Made by a program: the position numbers and the translations under genes. A stretch of DNA of 64,000 nt from Perna viridis. Taxonomy: Eukaryota. Positions 53,327-64,000 of the stretch are shown here, in pieces (position 1 is the stretch's first letter; the number at the start of each line of letters is the position of its first letter). The notes below the pieces were generated by a model. That model saw only the letters and a program-made list of their open reading frames with translations, was not told the DNA's origin and did not search any database. The DNA is taken from NCBI GenBank assembly GCA_037379345.1, contig CM074515.1, positions 10,602,001-10,666,000 of the forward strand, read 5' to 3'.

Positions 53327-53605
53327 TGTTCATTTGTCTCTTTTGGTACAAATTAATTTATGTGGTATTTTTCCAAAGAGCAGAATGGTTTTTTATTTAG
53401 AAGAGTATATGGATTGATGTGAGTGGTGCATGATCTTTGATATTTCATAAAATATTTACTCTATGTTGTACTTGGAGCACAACTTTGCATTTGCCAATAT
53501 TAGCAATACGAAAATTAGAAAGATCAAACTTTTATATTATTAGGTTTGTCAAGACTAATTATTCGTGGTCTTTTTCAGTTCTATCAAACCCCAATTTCCA
53601 CTTTT

Positions 53606-54000
53606 TAGCAGCTATTGCTATCATTTAGCTTCTATCCTAGTCTGTGTCATCTGTTGTTCTTAACCACTGGGGGTAAATCACTATTTTTGACTTATATCTC
53701 AAAAACTATAAGAGATATGTTACTTCTTCAGCTCTACAAAAGTATACATTCAGTCAAATTCTTCGGATAACTCTTTATTACAGTTATTGCCCTTGAAAAG
53801 TGAAACTTGAGGTTTTAGCCAATATCATGATAACTATAATAGGTAGAAAACTACTATCAATTGATGAAATCTATGAATTGATGAAGCCTACTAAAGTCTA
53901 TATTGGGTCAAAGTTGTCAGAGAACTTCTCGTTAGAGTCACTGCCTTAGAAGGGCAAAAAATATACCAGGTGAGCAATTCAAACTCCTGGAAGTCTTTAG
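53606..54000 (+). mobile_element. Degenerate, deleted Helentron/HINE-type element
   Basis: GTTATTGCCCTTGAAAAG motif and 3' ACCAGGTGAGCAATTC end. Confidence 0.7.
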
Positions 54001-57000
54001 TTTTAGCTTCCTTAGCACAGCATCGTTTTCAACTTCTTGTTTGTTTTTACCATAACCAATGAAAACTGTAGAAGACAAAAACATTTAAATGATGAATAAT
54101 GTCAAAGCCACCCTTATAAACTACCAGTACCTTGACTTGAGTTACATGTGAGCATTGTCATAATAAAGATCAGTGAGGGATCCAGAAAGGTTGGAGGGGA
54201 GGTTTACTTCCTCTATAATTGTGAAATGATTTTTTTAAAGCAAGATTTCTTTTCCCCCAAAAAAAATTTGTTTGCCCCCCACTCGGCATTTAACTCTATT
54301 TACACCCTGTAACCTGAAATCCTTGATCCTCCCCTGCAGATCTGTTGTCATTATTTGCTATTGTTTGTTATAAACTTATTCCCCTAAAACTATCACATGA
54401 ATTGTAGTCCAATTATAGTTAAAATTTAACTTCTATTTCCATAACCAGAATAAAAGAGACCTTCCTTTTGACCTGCAAAAATTATAGATTTGATGGAGGA
54501 TGTACATGTATAATGTCTCATTTATGAAAGAACTGCCATTAAGTAATAAACAGTTATTTCCAGGAATTTCCAGATGAGCAAGTCTGGCTCTATAGGAGCC
54601 TATTGTTAACTTTATTCAGTACAAGTATATTCTGTAAGCTTATACATTTGTATTTCAAATATTAGAATTGCATTAAGCTCTAAACTACTAATACTGTGAT
54701 GATAAATTGCCTTGATAATATGTAAGTATACTGTTAGTCTATATTGTGGTAATAATGTCTAAAATAGTTTAAACTTTCCAAAAATAACTTTTTATCATTG
54801 ACAGAAATTTCTCATTTAAAGAATAACAATGTATTGAATTGTTGAGAGAGACCCGTTTGTCTCATTTTGAATGTCATTGTTAGAACAACTTTGTCGGCTC
54901 CAGAAAGCTTTTAAAAGTTTTTAGATTGGAGAAATTTAGCTTAGTCGAACAAATGAATTTCTCGTTTTAATTTAGCAGTAAACCCTCAAGAGAGACCAAC
55001 GATTTTAATCTAGCTTTTCTTTGACATGTCTAATTTGAGTAAAGACATTTAGTTGTATCTTAAAATTGTATTCGTGCTTTGAATGTTGTAATGAAATACC
55101 ATTATAAGATTTAAAAAGACAATAAAATAGAGATAAAGTTATATTGTTGACGTCTCTATCTACAGCACTGCGATAGTGACAAGTCCAACAAAGGCCAATA
55201 ACTCCGTAGCTTATTGAATTTCTGTTAAAAATTGATCACAGGCATCCATTTCCAATTTAACTCTGTACTTTCTCATAAATTCTCTGACATGATAAGAAGG
55301 TATTTTGCATATCTTTGAATTAACTGCACTTATCATGTGTTGTAGACCATAAAAGAATTAGGTCTTATAAGATACTGCTCTGTTTTTCCTGATGTCTGAA
55401 CATGGCTGGTTGATTGTTGCCCAGGAATGTATTTGTTGATTACTCCATCATAGCTCTGTCAAGATCTGAAATGATTTGGATTAACTTATATGGATTCTTG
55501 GCTTGATAGAAAAGTTTCAAAATCTGCCTTGTTGTATTGAGAGTTGGTAGAAATGGTGACAGGCTGATGCATGAAAAATAAATTTTTAAGAAAAAGTAGA
55601 AAAGATATTTATTTACAATAAATGCAAGTCCCTAATTAGTCATTGAACCACAATGAACTTTGTACTGTGAAATAGGTCTGTCAGATAATTCTGTGATAAT
55701 CTGACATTTCTTTTTTGATGTGTGATATCACCATTCAATTCCCCCTATCAGTTCCAGTTGTTAACATGACTGTTGAGTTTCCCTGCCCGGTTACATAGTA
55801 ATTAGATTGACATGAAGGAGGGGATATTCTTGCTGTTTGAATTGTCCTTACACTGCGGTGACAGGAAAAATTTTTGGCGGTAAGAGATAATTGAAAGTGT
55901 CAAATATTGTCAGGGATTGGAAGTATGATTGAGAATTACAATGCAAATAGTGGTTTTATGAGAAAGTAGGGTTAATTAACAGTATCTGCCTGCAAAGAAA
56001 GCTGACTAATTCCGATTCAGATTTTTTCCTAAGCTGGGTAATGAATCTAATGATGTATCACTCTGTCAATTTTTTCTGTTGATTGCAAAAATTCCTGTTA
56101 ATTTTTTAAGGGTTTGATATTGGCTTCATTTACAGGCCTTTCAATGTTTAAGCTGGAGAAGATGATTGTTGCTTTGACATGAGTTGAATCACTACCTAAT
56201 GGGAAATTGTGTAAAAACCTAGTTCTTTTAATGTTTCCTTTCCATTAACTCCCATCATGTGAAGTGATTTTAGTTGGTGTTTGCAAAGCTTGCTTGTATT
56301 GATAGATAATACAGCATTGGGGTGCTAGTATAATAGGGAACTAATGTGATGTAATAAAAATTAAAGAATATTTTTATTGTTTTTTTTTTTCGAAATTAAA
56401 TTATTAGAAAATTTTATGAGAAAATTCATTTAAAATTTCAATTTCTGAAATTTTTCAACATAAAGAATTTTATTTCAAGGCTCTAATGAATAAGTCTAAG
56501 TCTTACTGTAAAATAATTGTAGCTCTGTTCTAAAATTACCATAGCAAGCTTATTTTTTTTTTTTGCTGGAAAGTTTTCCTCTCTTTGCAGATTGTCACAT
56601 TTATCCAGGATCTCCATATCACTCAGTCTCTTTAATCAAAGTCACAAGCTATATTGTAGTGCCATTTAGTAATTTTGAGCATTTTACAAGTACTGATTGT
56701 GACTGAACTTATCATTTTGACAGTGAGAAAATGCAAACTTTTAGTTGTAGGAGACTGGAAGAAACGAAATAAAGAAAAAAAATGAATTTCTGAAGGAGAC
56801 TTTTAATCATAGATTTTTATTGAACCTTTTATTGAACACTTTCTAAACTTAAGATTTAGTTATAGCACTAATTATAATCATTAACCCTTTATAACCTTTG
56901 CTCTCTGGTGAACCCAATTTAAACACTGTTCATGGCTAAATATCAGAGATAATTCCACACCTTCATCCATTTATTAATTTACCCCACTTCCTTGGTAAAA

Positions 57001-57617
57001 TAGGATTACAGTAGTCTGTCCATGGCTGATCACCTAATGCACTAGTTATCCACTTTAAATAGATTTTTCTCTTCCGGACATGGACATAGTAAAAATGCAT
57101 GTTATGTTACGATAATTGTCCATTTCCATCTGAGCCAATCAATGAGCATTACACTGAGTTTGACAGGGTAGTAATTATCCTGACCAGAGTTGGTGAGAAA
57201 GTTTACATGATCCCTTCATCTCACAATCAATACAATATCAACATGTTGACATGGACAATTGTTTTATCTTGGCAATGAGACTGGGTATATGAAGCATTAT
57301 TTTAAAAGAATTGAGTTATTCTGGTATTTGTGTTTCTTAAGTGAATATTTCATAACAATAAACTATGAATCAAGTAGTTCAAGTAAAATATGGACTAGAA
57401 GCCGAGTGGTTCATTTCATAAACAAAGCTTTAGCTTTCTGTATTTCCTTACAGTTGCTTTTTTTTAAATCCCTATCCTGTTTTCTTCCCATTCAGTTTTA
57501 TTTATATATGAATTGATCTTATCCAGATAAATTACTTATTAAAGAATGGCAAACTGTTTAGTTTTTACTGAGTTGAACTTAATGTTGAAGGTAAGATTGT
57601 GTCTCTTGTATTTTTAT

Positions 57618-58470
57618 CATATCACAGAATATCATATGATTGTTGTATCCTGGACACTTTCCCTATATCACAGAATATCATATGATTGTTGTATCCTAGA
57701 CAGTATCCCTATATCACTGCATACCATGTAATTTTTGTATCCTGGACAGTATCCATATATCACAGATTACCATATGATTGTTGTATCCTGGACAGTATCC
57801 ATATATCACAGCATGCCATATGATTGTTGTATCTTAGACAGTATCCCTATATCACTGCATATCGTATAATTTTTGTATCCTGGACAGTATCCATATATCA
57901 CAGCATGCCATATGATTGTTGCATCCTAGACAGTATCCCTATATCACAGCATACCATATTATTGGTGTATCCTGACAGCATCTCTTTATCACAGCATACC
58001 ATATGATTGCTGTATCCTGACAGTATCCCTATATCACAGCATACCATATGACTATTGTATCCTGGAGAGTATCCATATATCACTGCATACCATATGATTG
58101 TTGTATCCTGGACAGTATCCCTAAATCACAGTAATATATGATTGTTGTATCCTGACAGTATCCCTATATCTTGGGGTACCCTATAATTGTTGTATCCTAG
58201 ACAGTTTTGCCATATCCCGGGGGACCATATGATTGTTGTATCCTGGACATTTTTGCTATATCTCAAGGTACCATATGATTGTTGTATCCTGGACATTTTT
58301 GCTATATCTCAGGGTACTGTATGATGGTTGTATCCTGGATGGTTTTGCTATATCTCAGGGTACTGTATGATGGTTGTATCCTGGATGGTTTTGCTATATC
58401 TCAGGGTACTGTATGATGGTTGTATCCTGGATGGTTTTGCTATATCTCAGGGTACTGTATGATTGTTGTA
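57618..58470. repeat. 46-bp minisatellite, about 18 units, two sub-arrays
   Basis: TATCACAGCATACCATATGATTGTTGTATCCTGGACAGTATCCCTA grading into TATCTCAGGGTACTGTATGATGGTTGTATCCTGGATGGTTTTGCTA. Confidence 0.95.
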
Positions 58471-59976
58471 GAGTATGATTAATGGAACCTCACTGTTATA
58501 GAGTTGTCTCAGCACTGAAGGACTTTTACGATGGTTTTAATTTAATCCCATTTAAACATTATTTTCAAAGTGTTAATACATACATATTTAGAGGTGAAAT
58601 ACTGTGAAAATTTGGTTTGATTTGATTACATGTGTTTTTAAAGTATGATGAATGTGAAGACTTCTTCATGTGTTTGGAATTGCCATGCCCAACTTGTTCA
58701 ACATTCTGAGTTGTAATTAAATTTTGAGTGACAATTATTACTGTTCCTTGTCTATGCTAGTTGGGGATAACAATTTGAAGGTTTTTTGGCAGACACATTG
58801 ATGCATTAATTGAAATACAAATTATTTGGATAATAATAACCATTATCAGTAAAATACAGATTTGTCTTAATAAAATATGATAATGGCTTCCTTTGTCTAA
58901 TGGTACTTCCTCCACACACAGAAACAGGGGAGGAAGCTATTATTTTTATGCAATTTATTACTTTCTGGAATTGAATTTCTTTGTTTTCATGTCTAATATT
59001 ATTTTGCTTTGGTGGTGAAATAAATGAAATTCAATTCAATGAGTTTTTGTTTACTAATTATAAAAAATAAACAAAGTTGTTTTCGTTTGAAATTCCTTCT
59101 TTCCATTATCAGTGGAGAAAGTAATTCTTTCTCTGATTTTATGATTACATTTCAATGCATCGACAAATTACCAATTATTGCACTTTGTTATCTAATTGTT
59201 AGTCGACAACAACACTTGTTTATTTTCTGAACTGATACAAAACTCGCTATTTATTGTGCAATGGTGAATACAATGTTGGTATTTAATCTGCATAAAATTC
59301 ACATTGAGTTGGCATCTAAATGCAAGATTTTAATTTGGTATTAATTTGTTGCAGTTAAACTCAGTCAGGACCTTAATTGTTGGTTAGGAGTTAATTGGCT
59401 GATTTGACATCCTAATTGCAAATCGATTTTCATTTCAAAAATGACATTGCTAGTTGAAATTTGTATGACTTGTTATAATTATCACCATGACTTTAGATAA
59501 TTGTGTCTTTCACTATTCATATTGCATCCTTTAGTAGAGTAGAGGCATTCTGTTTCAGGTTATTCAGTAAAATGTTCTGTATGAGAACCAATACTGTTAA
59601 CCATATTGGAATGTTTCTTACCCACAGAGACCTATATCTTTGATGAAAAAAAAAATGGCAAAGATTAAAATGTATAGTGTTTGATATAATTTTGTTTATT
59701 ATCTATATATTCTAGCCTCATACTAATGAAAAGAAAACTGAAGTATTACATTGCAATACCGATAGTCAGTTTTAAATTGTTCAGTGTCTCTGCTTGATTC
59801 TAGCATTCAGTGCTGTTTGGGTTTGGGTGTAAAGAATAAGTAGTATTATTGAACTTGTTTCACAGGTAGTTATTAGGATCCACATCAGTGACATTTTCCT
59901 TCATGGTTATAGCCTAATTTTGACATTTTTGCATGTAGATATTTTATCATTTGTCTCATATACTAAGAATTGGTTA

Positions 59977-60585
59977 TTAACTCCCCTGTACCAAATGTCT
60001 ATATGAGCTAGTGCCATCGCATGGTTCAAGTGGTCCATCAGTCCTCAACTGTAAACTTTAAAATAAATCTTCTCCACATATCTCTTAAACCACAGATTTG
60101 GTAATAATTTTTTTGTTGCCATCTTCCTAAGAGCGTTCGAATGACCACCATAGCTTAAAAAAGGACATAGATATGAATCTCTTTATCTGAAGTCATATCT
60201 TAATAACCCAGATTGATAAATATCTTTCTTTTCTGGGCTTGAAGAGTTCTATTAAGTTTTTTGATGATCAAAGTTGTAGGATAATACCGTATTACCCTTG
60301 TAATGTAATACATTAACCTTTTGTAGTTTATTTTATATCTTGAAAATCATAATGGATTGAAAATACATTTCATTTATGAAATAATCCTTATGATATGAAG
60401 TCCTAGGACAACTCATTGAAAGAGTTGATGCCCTTGAAAAGCTAAAAATGATACATGATACTTTTTTGCATTTTTTAACCAATATCTTGGAACAGTTGAT
60501 GGAATGATCTTAATGATAAGACCTACAATAGTCATATTGAGTCAAAGTTGAAGGATGATGCCTTGTAAGAGTTATTGCCCTTACT
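59977..60585 (+). mobile_element. Old degenerate Helentron/HINE-type element
   Basis: Family motifs GAGTCAAAGTTG, GAGTTATTGCCCTT and CCAATATCTTG(G/A)AA are recognisable. Confidence 0.55.
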
Positions 60586-61269
60586 ATTATTTGTAAAAAC
60601 ATTCATATAAATATAAAAACATACCAATGGTCTATCAATGCTGATTTAACTTAATTTGTTAATGCAACTTTGTATTGTATTTCTCTGAAGAGTTCATTCA
60701 CACTATATGTCATTCTTTGAAATGTTTGAAAGAGGGAGTTATCCCATTTGAGTTTTCAAAAAGTAAACAGGTGTAATATAGAAAGAAACTTTCAATGATA
60801 TTCTTATAATAAAACCTCCTGTACAAAAATGGTCTTGATTAGGTCTAAGTTGTATGCTTGGTTCTTTGATGAATTGCTGTCTGTGAAAGGTGAAAAATGC
60901 TGGTCCGAGTTTGACTTTATCATTAGAAATTGCTTACTTCCTACAAAGTTTTGTTATTTCGTGGATCTTTTTTCATTCGATTGGTGAAGATCATGTTGAC
61001 TTAATGGCATTAAAAATGTTGTGTTTGCTTTTAAAAATTTTCAGAGTTTGAGTTCCTTAGTCAGTAATTTGTTTTCATCTGATTTTCTTTGATGATTTCA
61101 TCATGCCGACTTCGGAACATTCTCGAACTTCAATCAGTACTAGTTAAGATCAAAACTATCTAATTAGTGATGACTTAAATTTTACCTGTAATTAACTAAA
61201 ATGCCATTGATTAATGATAGGGTTTCAGTTTTTCACACCTTTTATTACCCAAGCTGACAAAATGGCTGA

Positions 61270-61475
61270 GGAATTTGAGTTAGTGAGCGTTATTTTCCAA
61301 GATTTATTACCGAACGGACCGACTAGTCCGTTCAAGTGTTTGAGAAATCTAAGTACGAGAAATCCAAGGTTATTTATATTCATTATATAGGGGGAAATTT
61401 TGGTACTTTCAAATTGTGTTTGAGAAATCCGGGTGTTCGAGCCATCCGAGTTCGAGCGAGTGAAGTTCGATTGTA
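61270..61475. mobile_element. Right end of a pogo/Tigger-like MITE
   Basis: Repeated GTTCGAG/GTTTGAG subterminal motifs ending GAAGTTCGATTG|TA (reverse complement TA|CAATCGAAC, close to CAGTCGAAC-type TIRs). Confidence 0.5.
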
Positions 61476-61609
61476 TCTTCTACTCGGATACACTTTTTTG
61501 ATCTTTGTGGGTGGCTGCTTCCACTTTCCATTCCATTAACCCTTACCATGCAGGAACCATATATATATATATTTAAAATCAAGTCTAAACTACACCCCAA
61601 CTCTAGAAT

Positions 61610-61720
61610 TGATGCAAGGCTCCCTCAGCGGAATTTGAACCCCTTCTCTTCTCTGACATCTATGGCAATACCGCCTGCACTAAGTCCAATGTTCTAGACT
61701 ACTCGGCCAACTTGGCTATA
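61610..61720 (-). mobile_element. Decayed copy of the tRNA-derived SINE
   Basis: TGACATCTATGGCAATACCGCCTGCACTAAGTCCA...CTAGACTACTCGGCCAACTTGGCT matches the 24.5-kb SINE. Confidence 0.75.
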
Positions 61721-61840
61721 TAATATAGCTTTCGTTAACTGAGCAGTACTTCCTTGTAAGTAAAATTTCAGCAGATGTTTGTGTCAGTCTTTTACCTGCC
61801 TAGATCGAGAATAAACTTTAAAAAAACCTATTTGTAGTTA

Positions 61841-62494
61841 CACTACTGTCAACACAAAGTTTAATTTCTCCACTCTCCACAGTGGAGATATTTTGAGTGG
61901 AGTCACATTGCCTCCACTCTCCACAGTGGAGTCACCATTTCCAAAATTGTCTGTAATTAACTTCTTCTGTCTTTATGCCAAGATATATTTTATGGTTCTA
62001 GTAGTTAAATACCATTTCTCGTTATGGTGTATCCCTCAGCATCATGAAAACTGATTTATTCAACGGGTCATAGTTTTCCTTCCCTCGTTTGTCTACCCTG
62101 GACTTGACTTTTTATGAGCAACGCGGTGGGTGTTTCTAGAAAAGCAGAGGACGCTTACCCTACCAGTGCACCTGGTCCATGCTCCCAGTTTTTAGTGGAG
62201 TCCGAGTTGCTCATTTACTTTTGTTACTTTGTATGTATGATTGTAGTTACTTTATGTTCTTAGTTGTGTATGTCTGTTTTCCATGTCTGGTCTTTGTTTT
62301 ACATTCTTTTGATTACCGCTATAACCTTGGTTCCCTTGATTACTCTGTAAAGGGTAGAAAAAAATATTGAAAACTATTGAAATTTGGCAATTTTATCCTG
62401 GTTTCTACTTTGGTGGAGTCACAGTGGAGTCACAGTATAGGACATGACTCCACTGTGAAGAGTGGAGAAATTAAAATTTTGGTTGATAGTAGTG
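61841..62494. mobile_element. Non-autonomous CACTA/EnSpm-like element with a 2-bp (TA) TSD
   Basis: TA|CACTACTGTCAAC..AAAGTTTAATTTCTCCACTCTCCACAGTGGAG at the left; CTCCACTGTGAAGAGTGGAGAAATTAAAATTTTGGTTGATAGTAGTG|TA at the right. Imperfect TIRs of about 45 bp and repeated (A)GTGGAG subterminal motifs. Confidence 0.8.
62015..62346 (+). mobile_element. Penelope-like 3' fragment nested in the CACTA-like element
   Basis: Homologous to 30160-30490 and 22834-23038. Confidence 0.82.
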
Positions 62495-64000
62495 TATTTA
62501 AAGATAAATATTGGAATTTGTGTTATTCCATCACATACTCTGTCTTTTACAAAATATCTGAACATGTGAACCAGTATATTGATTTGAATGGGTTGTTGAC
62601 TTTTGTATTGAAAAGATTCAATCGATGAATTAATAATAACAAACTACGACTGATCCATAGTTTCAACAGCACCATGTGCTTTCATTACCATTGAATGATT
62701 GGCGGGATAATGGATTTGTCAATCTTTTTCTTATTTAAATTAAGTAATAAATGTATGAAAATTCTGCGAGTCATTTCATTTAATTCATATACACAATGGT
62801 GCTGCACGTGTAGCGTTAATTTAATTATGCAATCAACCAATCAGTTACAGGTAAAATTGCAGTCACGGGTGGCTGCACATTGGCTAATTGACGTACACCT
62901 GTCAAATAATTTTCAATAAACAATTAGGAGACAGGTAGCCAGGATGTTTATAAAGTAATAAAACCATGCTGACTGTAATTTATAAGGGTTGACTTTTTTT
63001 TTATGTCCGATATTGGAAAATGGTTGTCGGACATTTGCAAAATTTGTCAGTCAATGACTGGCATTTTTTACCATTTCCAGACCCTTGATATACGGTCATG
63101 GGCTGTTTTTTTGATTTTTGGGTTCTGGCAATTTTATTTTTAGCTTTGGAAACCACAGTATGATTTCATATGCAAGTAGAGTGAATGTGCTTTAAAATGA
63201 GGCTTAAACAGAATTTTATCAAAAATATGGACTTGACAGCTGAAGAAGAGGTCATGAGTTAAGAAGGCCACAAAAAGTTTTTAAGGGTAGGGCTCAATTC
63301 TTGGCCTCTAACAACAGCAGAATGGATCCTAGTGCTTCATTTTACCTGGTTTCTAAAGAATAATGATGTCTCTCACCACTCTCACAATGTCAACCCCATA
63401 TACTAACCACTCCAGGTTTTAGGCCAATCTGAAGCCAAAAATTGCAAAATATTCTCATTTTTTCTCATGAATGACCCCTCTTGGGACCCCTGACCTTTCA
63501 CTTGTGACAGTAATGAACAATGTTTGTCTTGCTGTGGAAACTTTGGACACTGTCTTACCCCTGGTGAGCACCACATCTGGTGAAAAATGACCAAAATTGC
63601 CGAATATGAACATTTTCAGGCAACAGACCCATTTTCCTGTGCATGCACACCCACTCTCCCTTACACCACCTCCTCACCATATTCATCCCACTCTATGATC
63701 ATGTATCTTTAACTTATATAAAACAATCGGCATCAGCACCATGATGCAACTAATTTGCATATAATTTGCAAAAGTTTGTAAAATATCGAAATCTAGACAT
63801 TTTTTCTAACAATTCAGCATGGTGAGTGTTAAAATGCAGCAGGATTCTAGGATATCAAATTTTGGTCCATATCTCTGCTTAAAAATGAATTGATAGTAAC
63901 CAACTGTGGCTTAATCAATAAAATGGGACCTTATTAGACATCATTAACTTAAGTTCTGTTTGATTGAAAAAATAATCCACTGAAGGCTGTTGAAGGTTCT

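Noticed and set aside
57618-58130. TATCACAGC resembling the miR-2 5' end
   Set aside because: Only about 9 nt match, no precursor hairpin, and it is part of a tandem repeat.
61537-63833. Possible TTAA-flanked TIR pair (TTAACCCTTACCATGCAG / CAGCATGGTGAGTGTTAA)
   Set aside because: A 15/18 match over 2.3 kb of mixed repeats could be ends of two unrelated MITEs.

Overview
AT-rich eukaryotic DNA. The repeat inventory (Helentron-type non-autonomous elements, Penelope-like RT fragments, tRNA-derived SINEs) suggests a bivalve mollusc; this is inference. I could not identify any host protein-coding exon, and nearly all ORFs in the supplied track are transposon-derived or chance ORFs. The most informative part is the first 2.9 kb, the end of a 457-bp-period tandem array of tRNA-Ile(AAT) genes (minus strand) invaded twice by a Tx1/L1-clade non-LTR retrotransposon. 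One 5'-truncated copy (1411-2869) sits inside a tRNA-Ile gene with a perfect 14-bp target-site duplication. That copy also carries a captured 78-bp piece of array spacer bracketed by a 47-bp duplication of its own ORF2. Further along are a Phantom-like FLYWCH-MULE transposon with its TSD (15769-17641), a head-to-head tRNA-SINE palindrome (24.4-24.6 kb), an inverted Penelope-like cluster (28.1-30.5 kb) with dispersed 3' tails, several Helentron/HINE copies, MITEs, a CACTA-like element and many minisatellites. CpG becomes sharply depleted after about 33.3 kb, which suggests the methylated intronic body of an unidentified gene.
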